Of a stretch of DNA of 64,000 bases, positions 28,102 through 37,180 are shown in pieces. This stretch comes from Candidatus Yanofskybacteria bacterium (GTDB lineage Bacteria > Patescibacteriota > Minisyncoccia > 2-02-FULL-40-12 > IGHO2-12-FULL-4), in the NCBI GenBank assembly GCA_016185525.1, contig JACPNK010000006.1, forward strand, positions 115,440-179,439, given 5' to 3'. The position numbers and the translations under genes were made by a program. Below the pieces are notes generated by a model, which ran no database searches, had not been told where the DNA came from, and saw nothing but the letters and a program-made list of their open reading frames with translations. Within the stretch, counting starts at the first letter, position 1. Each line of letters starts with the position of its first letter.

Positions 28102-29967
28102 CTAAACAACTTCTATTTGCCATCCGCTTGGCACTAAGCGTAACAACTCGTTGCGCCGCGCCCCGTAGTGAGCCGAAGGTTCTACTATGGGGTTTTTTAC
28201 TACTTTTAAAACAATTTCTTGCGTATGTAGTCCTTTTTCTTTTAATCCTGCATTTGGTCCGATAATTTCAATTTCTTTCCCATAATTCTTAATTCCTAAT
28301 TCATGATTCAACCTTTCTCTTACTATTTCCGCCTCTCTTTCCGCTGTTCTCGAATCTTGGTGGCGGAAGATTAATTTAATAAGTTCGGCAAATGGGGGAT
28401 AGCTGAATTCTTTTCTAGCCTCAAGCTCTTCTTCGTAAAAACTTTTAAAGTCTTGGCTTAAAATTGTTTTTACCACTCTTGCGTCGGAATCGTAGCCTTG
28501 GATTAAGGTTTTTTCTGTCATTTGAGACAAAATAAAAACTATTCTTAAGGCTTCTTCTTCTGTTCCAAAATCAACAAAATTTAGTAAAGATTCTAAGTTT
28601 AATATACCAACTAAATCGGCTTTTAGCAAGCGCTGATAGCTCAATATTTTTTGTGTTGTCAGCAGGATTGCCGGTCCCGGATTTTTAAATTGGTCTATAA
28701 TTTTTTCTTCCTCTTTTTGCGGAGTGTCGCTGCTTAAGGCCAGTATTTTTGGCGAAGTTATATTCTGGTCTTTGAAAAACTTTACCAACTTTTCCTCGGC
28801 TTTTTCTATGCCCAAGCCCTTATATTCCAAAACTGATTTGTTGCAGTTGGGGCAGACATTTAATGTTGGCTGTATGTTTTGACAGTGATGACATTTTAAA
28901 ATTGTTTTAGGTTTTAAGTTATAAGTTGTAAGTTTAAAGGCAGTCAGGTTTCGATCGCAGTTTGGACATCGGGGAATATAGCCGCAGTTTTGGCACAGAA
29001 GATACGGGGCATAGCCTTTGCGCGGTACGAATATTATAATTTTGTTTTTTTGCTGTACCGCCGATTTCAGTTGCTCTTTAAGTTCAGCGCTGAAAATTGA
29101 AAAATTGGTATTTTTAATTTCACCGACCATGTTGGCGAATGAGATATCAACTTTTGTTTTTTGGGGCAATGTCTCTTCTCCAAATTCAAAATATGTTTCT
29201 ACTTTCGGCAAAGAATCGTTTATGATTAATTTGGCTCCGTATTCTTTGGCGGTTCGTCTGGCCAAAATGCCGGTATCGTATTTGGGGGTGTAGTCGGAAC
29301 GGTAGGCGATATTTGACTCGGCTTCCACAATTATTTCTTTGAGGTTGTTAAAAGGCAAAAACAAAGCGACTCTGGTGCCGACTATTGTTTTTATTTCTCC
29401 GTTTTTAACTCTTTGCCAAATATCAAAATATTCTTTGGTTGGAGTACTGCTTGAAAGAAAAACGGGATTTTCTTTTTTGTATTTCTCCAAGAAGTGTTCG
29501 GCCATTATTTTTTCGGGAGTTAAAATAAGTTTTTGTCCTTGGTTACTGAGGTCTGGCGAGTATGCCTCTTCTTTGCGTCGGACTTGTCGCCGACGAACTG
29601 CAGAAGAGGCATACTCGCCAGACCTCTTAAGCAAAAATGCCGGTAACATGGCTTTAACGCACAAACCCAGTGGCGCAAAATATTTTACCGAGAGCCACAA
29701 AGCGATATTTAGCTGATGTTGGTTGAGAACAGGCTGTTCTTTTAGAATTTTGCCTATTGGTTTCAGCTCAAAATCAGCCTCTTTTTTAAGCTTGATTTTT
29801 AACTCCGCCAGACTTTTTGAAGCCAACACGACTGCGGTTATCTTTCTTTTTCTTATCTCAACTTCAACCAAAGCGCCTGCTGGTAGCTTTTCTTCATAAA
29901 AATAACTCAAGATCTGGTCCTGATTTCTGGGAATTGCGGTTAGGGGGATAACCTCAAGAATATACAT
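28102..29967 (-). CDS. priA: Primosomal protein N' (helicase motifs degenerate)
   Basis: 3'-binding N-terminus, VGTRVALFLP, RKGY, four CxxC motifs, GIEK, YPPF. Confidence 0.88.
   Translation of the reverse strand: MYILEVIPLTAIPRNQDQILSYFYEEKLPAGALVEVEIRKRKITAVVLASKSLAELKIKLKKEADFELKPIGKILKEQPVLNQHQLNIALWLSVKYFAPLGLCVKAMLPAFLLKRSGEYASSAVRRRQVRRKEEAYSPDLSNQGQKLILTPEKIMAEHFLEKYKKENPVFLSSSTPTKEYFDIWQRVKNGEIKTIVGTRVALFLPFNNLKEIIVEAESNIAYRSDYTPKYDTGILARRTAKEYGAKLIINDSLPKVETYFEFGEETLPQKTKVDISFANMVGEIKNTNFSIFSAELKEQLKSAVQQKNKIIIFVPRKGYAPYLLCQNCGYIPRCPNCDRNLTAFKLTTYNLKPKTILKCHHCQNIQPTLNVCPNCNKSVLEYKGLGIEKAEEKLVKFFKDQNITSPKILALSSDTPQKEEEKIIDQFKNPGPAILLTTQKILSYQRLLKADLVGILNLESLLNFVDFGTEEEALRIVFILSQMTEKTLIQGYDSDARVVKTILSQDFKSFYEEELEARKEFSYPPFAELIKLIFRHQDSRTAEREAEIVRERLNHELGIKNYGKEIEIIGPNAGLKEKGLHTQEIVLKVVKNPIVEPSAHYGARRNELLRLVPSGWQIEVV
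29548..29626. repeat. 79-bp hairpin element in-frame inside priA
   Basis: 25-bp perfect stem GAGGTCTGGCGAGTATGCCTCTTCT/AGAAGAGGCATACTCGCCAGACCTC; encodes RSGEYASSAVRRRQVRRKEEAYSPDL. Confidence 0.9.
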
Positions 29968-30008
29968 AAGTTGATGAGGTCATGATAACACAAAAGCCCA
30001 TAGCGGGC

Positions 30009-30668
30009 TTAAGGAAGAGCTTGAAGGGCGGATATTCTCTCTTTTGCCATTCTTGTTAACTCTCTGCTTTTTGGAGGGTTTTCATTTAATACTTTTTTCA
30101 AAAATTCTATATAGCCTTTTTTGTCAGTTGCTGTTACCGCGAAGGAGTCCGCAAGTTTATCTTCTTCAAAGTATATCTTTAAATTTAAGTTTTTAAAAAA
30201 CGGGTTTATGTGGGATAAGGTAAGGGATTTTTTAAGTTTGCTTCTGAAAGAACGTTTTATGTGTCCTATTTCGTGGCAAATTGCATATTCAACATTTTTT
30301 GAGTCCATTTTTTCTAAAAAATCTTTTGATATGAAGATGGAGGATTGAGATTTGTTTAGTGCGGTATGCAGTGTGAATATTGAATAATCTTCCACCTCTT
30401 CCGGTACAAGAAAGGGGGAAACTATAAAATTGTAACCGGAAAATACGTATATTTTTATATTGGGGGACAAGTTGTATTTTTTTGTTATGCCGGTTAAAAA
30501 CTCCCTAATCGGACCGTTTTTAATTTCTCTTATTTTGTGAATTTCTGAACTGGAAATAAAATTTTTTATTGCTGTTTTTGACCCCATTTCTAAGGAAACA
30601 AATACGGACATTTGCATTGCAAGCAAAATCATAAATAAAAAAGCAAGTATCAGCAGCAAAATAATCAT
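30009..30668 (-). CDS. M48/M56-like zinc metallopeptidase
   Basis: N-terminal TM, AICHEIGH, EDKLADSFA, ERI. Confidence 0.8.
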   Translation of the reverse strand: MIILLLILAFLFMILLAMQMSVFVSLEMGSKTAIKNFISSSEIHKIREIKNGPIREFLTGITKKYNLSPNIKIYVFSGYNFIVSPFLVPEEVEDYSIFTLHTALNKSQSSIFISKDFLEKMDSKNVEYAICHEIGHIKRSFRSKLKKSLTLSHINPFFKNLNLKIYFEEDKLADSFAVTATDKKGYIEFLKKVLNENPPKSRELTRMAKERISALQALP

Positions 30669-30739
30669 AGGCTTACCTTTCTTTTTTCAAAGTCCTATCC
30701 TATCTTACAAAGTAGCAAATAATGTGTTAAAGTTCCAAT

Positions 30740-32173
30740 ATGACTAAAGTTAGAAAGCCTGAAATCAGAGTGCGGGTTGCTCCGTCGCCGACGGGGAATT
30801 TGCACATTGGCAATGCTCGTACCGCGCTTTTCAATTGGCTTTTTGCCAAGCACCACACCGGCAAGCTTATCTTGCGTATAGAGGATACTGACTTGGAAAG
30901 GTCAAGTTTGGAATTTGAAAAAAATATTTTAAACGGCCTTGAATGGCTTGGTTTGAAATGGGATGAATTTTACAAACAAAGTGAACGGCTGGACAGATAC
31001 GAAAAACATCTGAAGAAACTTTTAGAAGAAAAAAAAGCTTTTTGGTGTTACCACTCAAAGGAAGAACTGGAAGCGGAAAAGAAAGAACAAACACAAAAAA
31101 AAGAAGCGCCAAGGCATATTTGTGAACACAAATACATGAATCACGAATCAGGAATTATGAATCAAGGAGCGGGGATAATCAGATTAAAAGTGGATGAGAA
31201 CTCCCACAGAACAGTTCGTTTTGAAGATATAATTCGCGGCCATGTTGAATTTGAACAGCGGGTGATAGGGGACTTGAGCTTGGCAAAAGATTTGCGCACC
31301 CCTTTGTATAATTTTGCTGTGGTGGTGGATGACCACGAAATGAAAATTAGCCATGTAATTAGAGGCGAAGACCATATTGCCAACACGCCCAAACAAATTT
31401 TGATTGCCGAAGCTTTGGGAGTGTCTTTGCCGCAGTTTGCGCATCTCCCCCTGATTTTAGGAGAAGACCGTTCCAAACTTTCCAAAAGGCACGGGGCGGT
31501 TAATTTTGACGAGTATATAGGAGCCGGTTACTTGCCGGAGGCCTTAGTTAATTTTTTGAGTTTGCTGGGCTGGAGTTCTAAAGACGGCAGAGAAATTTTG
31601 ACCAAAAATGAAATTATAGAGCAGTTCAGTCTGGAAAAAGTTCACAAATCAGGAGCAATTTTTGACGTTAAAAAACTTAATTGGATTAACTCGCAGTATA
31701 TAAAACAGTTTAATGACGAAGGGTTGACAAGTTTAGTTATGCCTTTTATTGAAAAGTATTTTGGCAAACAAGACAAAGTTTTTGTTTTAAAACTGGCACC
31801 CGTTTTTAGAGAAAGGCTTGAGTATTTGGATCAAGTCAAAGAATTTAAATATTTTTTTGGCGAGCCGGAATACGAAGCGGATATACTGGTATGGAAAAAA
31901 TCAGACAAAGAAAAAACGCACAAAGCTTTGGAGTCTGTGCTTGAGATTTTGAGCAGCAACTTAGAGTGGGAAATTTTTGATGAGAAATATATCCGTTCCG
32001 AACTGGACAAGTTGGCGGAAGAAAAGTTCGGCGGGGACAGGGGAGCGGTCTATTGGCCTTTGCGCGTGGCTTTGACCGGAGAAAAGTTTTCCCCCGATCC
32101 GGTAGAAATTGCCAGAATTATTGGCAAAGAAAAAACTCTTAACCGAATCCAAGTTGCTCTCAAAAAACCTTAA
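30740..32173 (+). CDS. gltX: Glutamate--tRNA ligase
   Basis: RVAPSPTG, HIGN, LRIEDTD, VIRGEDH, KLSKR. Confidence 0.97.
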   Translation: MTKVRKPEIRVRVAPSPTGNLHIGNARTALFNWLFAKHHTGKLILRIEDTDLERSSLEFEKNILNGLEWLGLKWDEFYKQSERLDRYEKHLKKLLEEKKAFWCYHSKEELEAEKKEQTQKKEAPRHICEHKYMNHESGIMNQGAGIIRLKVDENSHRTVRFEDIIRGHVEFEQRVIGDLSLAKDLRTPLYNFAVVVDDHEMKISHVIRGEDHIANTPKQILIAEALGVSLPQFAHLPLILGEDRSKLSKRHGAVNFDEYIGAGYLPEALVNFLSLLGWSSKDGREILTKNEIIEQFSLEKVHKSGAIFDVKKLNWINSQYIKQFNDEGLTSLVMPFIEKYFGKQDKVFVLKLAPVFRERLEYLDQVKEFKYFFGEPEYEADILVWKKSDKEKTHKALESVLEILSSNLEWEIFDEKYIRSELDKLAEEKFGGDRGAVYWPLRVALTGEKFSPDPVEIARIIGKEKTLNRIQVALKKP

Positions 32174-32176
32174 ACT

Positions 32177-33451
32177 TTGATGAAAAGTTACAGTTTTAAA
32201 ATTTTTCTTTTGTCCTTTTTTCTGCTTTTTGTTTTTTCGTTTGTTTCTGCCGCCGAAGATATCAATCAGAAAATCTTGGATTTAAGGAAACAAGTTGAAG
32301 AGCTGGAAAAAAAGTCCGAAGAATACAGGAGTGTGGTAAATAGCAAGCAGAAAGAAGCCCAGAGCCTTAAAAGGGAAATTGACATTTTGAATAACCAGAT
32401 TTACAAGCTTGAGACGCAGATCAAGATAACTGACAGTAAAATCAATGTCGCGCGATTTACGATTACCGATTTGCGGGATAAGATTTTTGACCGGCAAGAG
32501 ACAATTAACAACAAAAAAGAAGTCATAGCCTCTCTTATCAATCTTTTTTACAAAAAAGACCAGGAAGACATTGTTGACATAGTGGTAAAGAACAAACGTC
32601 TCTCGGACTTCATTGACCAGATTAAACAGGCGGACAACTTAAATAAAAGTTTGCTGGCCACTGTTACTGTTTTGAAAAACGAAAAGGAAGCTTTGGAGGG
32701 TGAAAAAAACGAGTTGGAGGCGCAAAAACAAGAACTGGAAAGTTTGAATGACACCCAGAAAAATAAGCAGAATTCTTTGGACCTAACCAAAGACGGTAAA
32801 GACAGCTTGCTGGTAAGGACGAAGGGCCAAGAAGCGGCCTATCGTGAGTTGTTGGAAGAAACAGAAAGAAAACAAGCAGAATTTTTCGCCGAATTAAAAA
32901 ACTTGGAAACGCAGGCGGTGCAGTCTGGAGCGTTTATCGTGCATGTTACGGCTGACTCGGTCCCGCCTCGGGGCACAAAATTTTTAAAGTGGCCTTATGA
33001 CGACCATGTTCTCACTCAAAGCTATGGCTATACGACTTTTGCGCGGAGCCGGCGCAAACCCTATGGCGGAGACATACACAACGGTATTGACTTGGCTAGC
33101 GGCTGTGGGACGGCCATAAAGGCGGCGGCGGCGGGCGCGGTACTTGCCAGCGGTTTTAACGACGGATTTGGCAACTGGGTGGCTGTCAGGCACGAAAATA
33201 ACATAGTTACTGTTTATGCCCATATGCGAGATCCTTCTGGTCTTGCCAACGGTACGGCGGTTACCGTCAGTTCAATACTTGGTTACGAAGGCAACACGGG
33301 CAGTGTTTTCAGTGTCCGCACCGGTCCATGTGCCGGCTCGCACCTGCATTTGAGCGTTTATAAAGACTTTTTCACCTACATTAACGACAAAAACGGCCAG
33401 CTTTATTTTAACTACTCCAAGGGGGCTTTGAACCCGCTTGACTATTTGTAG
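32177..33451 (+). CDS. Coiled-coil M23 peptidase (EnvC/CwlO-like)
   Basis: Signal peptide, long coiled coil, HNGID, YAHM, HLH. Confidence 0.9.
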   Translation: MMKSYSFKIFLLSFFLLFVFSFVSAAEDINQKILDLRKQVEELEKKSEEYRSVVNSKQKEAQSLKREIDILNNQIYKLETQIKITDSKINVARFTITDLRDKIFDRQETINNKKEVIASLINLFYKKDQEDIVDIVVKNKRLSDFIDQIKQADNLNKSLLATVTVLKNEKEALEGEKNELEAQKQELESLNDTQKNKQNSLDLTKDGKDSLLVRTKGQEAAYRELLEETERKQAEFFAELKNLETQAVQSGAFIVHVTADSVPPRGTKFLKWPYDDHVLTQSYGYTTFARSRRKPYGGDIHNGIDLASGCGTAIKAAAAGAVLASGFNDGFGNWVAVRHENNIVTVYAHMRDPSGLANGTAVTVSSILGYEGNTGSVFSVRTGPCAGSHLHLSVYKDFFTYINDKNGQLYFNYSKGALNPLDYL

Positions 33452-33500
33452 TTTTTCTGATACTCTTTTTTCAGTTTGATTTTGAAAATGAGGAGAAACT

Positions 33501-33809
33501 ATGTCGAGTTTTGTATTTCGTTGCACGACGAGAGGCAGCCATACTTTTTTGGAGTTTAATACTCCGGTGAAAATATTTGACTCTGTTAGCGGAGCACGCT
33601 TAATTCTGGAGGAATTACTTGACTTTGAGAAACAAAATCCGGACATGCATATTGTTGGTTGGAAACCGGAAACACACATGGCCACAAATACTAGATTTGG
33701 CATTCTCACCCCTGTTTGTTTTGGAATTTGGATTGACCATGAGCCAAGAGAAAAGGAACCTGAAGACTGTGACTTTGATGCTCTTGAAAGGGCACTAGGA
33801 CAAGATTGA
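33501..33809 (+). CDS. Hypothetical protein, paralog A
   Basis: AGGAG RBS; shares IL..L..FE.QN...I..W, W.DHE and AL.QD with 34750-35055; terminator at 33809-33833. Confidence 0.7.
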   Translation: MSSFVFRCTTRGSHTFLEFNTPVKIFDSVSGARLILEELLDFEKQNPDMHIVGWKPETHMATNTRFGILTPVCFGIWIDHEPREKEPEDCDFDALERALGQD

Positions 33810-33845
33810 ACCCGCGTTTCGCGGGTTTTTTTTATTTCTTAAAAA

Positions 33846-33883
33846 TCTACTGAGAAGCTACTGAGAAGTTGAACTTATCAGTA
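33846..33883. repeat. Left REP cluster of the RAYT
   Basis: CTACTGAGAAG followed by CTACTGAGAAGTT-G-AACTTATCAGTAG. Confidence 0.9.
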
Positions 33884-33905
33884 GAACATGTTAAATTTCT
33901 GAAAT

Positions 33906-34550
33906 ATGCATAAAGAATATTTTACCAATGGGGAATTTTACCATGTGTATAATCGCGGAAACAATAAGCGAAAAATTTTTTTGGATCAAAGAGACTTTAA
34001 AAGATTTTTTCAAAGCATACGGGAATTCAATTCGGAAGAACCGATTGGTAGTATATATCTTAATTCTTTTAAGGACGCCTCGCTTAGAAGTTCAACTTCT
34101 AAGTTAGTTGATTTTGTTTGTTTTTGTTTAAATCCAAATCATTATCATTTTATTCTCAAGCAACTAAAAGAAAGGGGTATTGAAAAGTTTTTACATAGAC
34201 TTGGCACGGGTTATACTAAATATTTTAATGAAAAACATAAATGCAGTGGCTCTCTTTTTCAGGGCAGGTATAAAGCGATACACTTAAACTCTAATGAATA
34301 CCTACTACATCTTAGTGCCTATGTGAATTTAAATTATGAAGTTCACCAACTGAGAAGTTCAACTTATCAGTGTGATTATAAATCTAGTTGGGCAGAATAT
34401 CAAAACAACTTGGTAGAAAGTATATGTAATAAAGACATTGTACTTTCTCAGTTTAGAAACTTTGATAAGTATAGGGAATTTGCAGTTAATGCTATTCAAA
34501 TAAGTAGGACCAAAAAAGATATGGAAAAGTTGTTATTGGAAGAGGTCTGA
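33906..34550 (+). mobile_element. HUH/Y1 transposase (REP-associated tyrosine transposase, IS200-like)
   Basis: YHVYNRG, CLNPNHYH (HUH), GSLFQGRYK, AYVNLN (catalytic Tyr), SSW; REP copies flank it and lie within it. Confidence 0.92.
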
Positions 34551-34556
34551 CTCTGA

Positions 34557-34648
34557 TCACTGATAAGTCACTGATAAGTTGAACTTCTCAGTAAAAACTT
34601 CTCAGTAAAAACTTCTCAGTAAACTTCTCAGTAAATTTCTCAGTAAAA
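34557..34648. repeat. Right REP cluster of the RAYT
   Basis: TCACTGATAAG x2, TTGAACTTCTCAGT, then four more (AAC/AAT)TTCTCAGTAA half-sites. Confidence 0.9.
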
Positions 34649-34749
34649 GGTTTCGAACTATTACGCGGCAGTGCATCGTGTATTTGACTACTTGCAGGAT
34701 ATCTGCTAGGGTCGATTTGCTTTTTAATAATTAGTGAAAGGATAGAAAA

Positions 34750-35055
34750 ATGTCTCGTACGTCTCACATGTCTCATGTTTTCAAGAAAATACACAAGGGT
34801 GGTCGTTCGTTTTTCATGCTAACTGGCAGTAATAATATGGAGGCAGTAGGCAGGAAAATTTTAGATGTTCTTAGCGAATTTGAAGATCAAAATCTAGGCA
34901 AAAAGATAACAAACTGGAGGGCTAATATAAGGTATGTTACCGATGTGGAACCACCTTTCTTTTCTTGTGCTCTTTGGGTTGACCACGAGTCGTGTTGGTT
35001 AAGAGATAAGCCTCCGTCAACAAGCGAACTTGATAACGCTCTAGACCAAGATTAA
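34750..35055 (+). CDS. Hypothetical protein, paralog B
   Basis: Homologous to 33501-33809; near-identical terminator at 35054-35078. Confidence 0.7.
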   Translation: MSRTSHMSHVFKKIHKGGRSFFMLTGSNNMEAVGRKILDVLSEFEDQNLGKKITNWRANIRYVTDVEPPFFSCALWVDHESCWLRDKPPSTSELDNALDQD

Positions 35056-35134
35056 ACCCGCATTTTGCGGGTTTTTTTATTTTTTCTAGACATAAACCGA
35101 GCTTGTCTCGGTTTATGGTCTTTAGAAAACAATA

Positions 35135-35270
35135 ACCCCACCTTAATTTTGCCTTTTATGTTTTTAAAGATAAATTTGGCTTGGAAAATGCTAGAAGCGC
35201 AGAGGCCGAATAGGCCCGAGCGTAAGCGAGTGCGCTTCCGTGGTTTTATGGGCAAAATTAAGGTTGGGGT
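35135..35270. mobile_element. MITE-like structured element with terminal inverted repeats
   Basis: ACCCCACCTTAATTTTGCC...GGCAAAATTAAGGTTGGGGT; internal GGCCGAATAGGCC; relative at 41071-41223. Confidence 0.65.
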
Positions 35271-35299
35271 AAACAAGGTTTTTATGTTAAAATTAAAAC

Positions 35300-36547
35300 A
35301 TGGTCAACATCTTAATTATCGGCGGGGGATTTGGGGGAGTCAGGACTGCTTTGGACTTGAACAAGAAGTTGTCGTCTGAAGAGGCGTCAATTACTCTTGT
35401 TGACAGAAATAACTATCATCTGTTTTTGCCGTCGCTTTACGAAGTGGCATCATCTTTCGGTTTGGATTTAAACAAAGAGGAGATAAGGCTTAAAAAAACT
35501 ATTGCAATTCCTTTTGGCGAGATTTTTGAGGACACAAAAGTCAACTTTGTTCAAGCAGAAATCGTCAGCGTAGATTTGAATAAGAAAGAGGTACGGTCAA
35601 AAGGAGAAAAATTTTTTAGATACGATTATCTGGTTTTAGCTTTAGGGGCGGAGACGGAAACTTTTGGCACGGCTGGAGTCGTAGAATATGCTTACAAGTT
35701 CAAAAGCGTGGAGGAAGCTGTTTTTCTTAATAAAAAAATAAATGAGAAATACAAAGAGGCTGAAAGGGGTCAGCGTCCGCTACCTGTTAGATTTATTGTT
35801 GTCGGCGCGGGCTTTAACGGCATAGAACTTGCCGGAGAACTGGCATGCTGTACCAAAAAAATAGCGGAAGTTTGCAAGCTAAAAAATAAATGTACAGAGA
35901 TTAAGCTGGTTGAAGCGGCGCCCCAAATATTGCCCATGGTTTATGACAAAGAAAGGGCGATGATTCGTAAGAGACTGGAAAGGTTGGGGGTTGAGGTTTT
36001 GGAGAATTCTCCAATTGAACAGGTCGGGCCCGATTTTGTTCAAATTAAGAATGGTCCAAGGCTGAACGCTGATTTTATAATCTGGACCGCCGGTATACGG
36101 GCTTCTTCATTTTTAAAAAATATTTCCGGTTTAAAATTAGATGAAAGAGGAAAAATGACTGTTAACGAATTTATGCAGTCGTCAGACAGGCCGGAAGTTT
36201 TTGGGGTGGGGGACAGCGCTGTGTTTTTGGACCCAGCCACCAAAAAACCGGTTCCAGCGTTGGCTTACGTGGCGGTTGACCAAGGAAAAGTTGTTGCGGA
36301 AAATATCTTAAGAGTTTTAAAAAATAAAAGACCGCAAGAATACAGGCCATTCTATAATGTCTGGATAGCTCCGGTAGGAGGCAAGTTTGCCGTGGCGCGT
36401 TTGGGTAAGAATTTTACCGTTTCAGGGTTCTGGGGCTGGGTTTTGAGAGAACTGGTTGATTTCAGGTATATGTACTCAATCTTGCCGTTTTCAAAAGCTG
36501 TATCGCTAATGTCAGAGAATGTGGCGGTATTTACAAAAAACGACTAA
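35300..36547 (+). CDS. Type II NADH dehydrogenase-family FAD oxidoreductase
   Basis: GGGFGG, FLPSLYEVA, YDYLVLALG, VGAGFNGIELAGE, WTAG, VGD. Confidence 0.88.
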   Translation: MVNILIIGGGFGGVRTALDLNKKLSSEEASITLVDRNNYHLFLPSLYEVASSFGLDLNKEEIRLKKTIAIPFGEIFEDTKVNFVQAEIVSVDLNKKEVRSKGEKFFRYDYLVLALGAETETFGTAGVVEYAYKFKSVEEAVFLNKKINEKYKEAERGQRPLPVRFIVVGAGFNGIELAGELACCTKKIAEVCKLKNKCTEIKLVEAAPQILPMVYDKERAMIRKRLERLGVEVLENSPIEQVGPDFVQIKNGPRLNADFIIWTAGIRASSFLKNISGLKLDERGKMTVNEFMQSSDRPEVFGVGDSAVFLDPATKKPVPALAYVAVDQGKVVAENILRVLKNKRPQEYRPFYNVWIAPVGGKFAVARLGKNFTVSGFWGWVLRELVDFRYMYSILPFSKAVSLMSENVAVFTKND

Positions 36548-36656
36548 TACACACTAAATAGGGGATAGTGTCAAGTAGACATAATCTTGGCACCTGTGGA
36601 TAACTTACTTGACACAACTTTATTAAGGTTGTCAAATAATAATATGGAAGGAGGGG

Positions 36657-37118
36657 ATGCGGGTCTTGAAAAACAATAACTACGGATTTGTAAATTCTAA
36701 ATTTAAAATTTTTTATTTAGTTTTTGTTTTATCAATATTATGTTTCTCTGCTGTTCCGGCCCGGGGCTACCCTATTGACGGCGCTGAAAATGCCGATAGC
36801 TATTCAAATTTTGGTCTTGAACAGGCCCGCAAGGTTAGTGGTTCGGTTAATGAGCTAATCAGATCTCTGCTTGGTCCTAGTTTTTCTTCTCTTACCTCGG
36901 TTGATGTTAACAAGAGTTTTGGTCCTGACCTTAATAAGCTTATACCCGGCGGTACGGGTTTAAGCTTTGATGATTTTATCAATATCAAGAGTTTTTCTAC
37001 TGACGACATATCGGGCAGTATTAAAGCAGTCGCCGTTCTTTTTATAAAGTTGATTGTTACGACTCTGTCAGTTACATCAGAAATTCTTAAACTGGTTTTA
37101 AGCCTGTTAACTCAATGA
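36657..37118 (+). CDS. Hypothetical exported/membrane protein
   Basis: Signal-like N-terminus, hydrophobic C-terminus, GGAGG RBS. Confidence 0.55.
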   Translation: MRVLKNNNYGFVNSKFKIFYLVFVLSILCFSAVPARGYPIDGAENADSYSNFGLEQARKVSGSVNELIRSLLGPSFSSLTSVDVNKSFGPDLNKLIPGGTGLSFDDFINIKSFSTDDISGSIKAVAVLFIKLIVTTLSVTSEILKLVLSLLTQ

Positions 37119-37180
37119 TAGCCGAATTATTCGGCTATCATGTCGCACAAGTGTGAATGTGCGACCCATGTTGTGTGACG

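Noticed and set aside
34557-34648. CRISPR array
   Set aside because: Units are 11-14 nt with no unique spacers and no cas genes; they are REP half-sites
34588-35379. ORFs 34588-34794(-), 35052-35276(-) and 35065-35379(+)
   Set aside because: They read through REP or MITE repeats (e.g. FTEKFTEK) and overlap better-supported genes
36595-36603. DnaA box TGTGGATAA as oriC
   Set aside because: Single box, no cluster, no dnaA nearby
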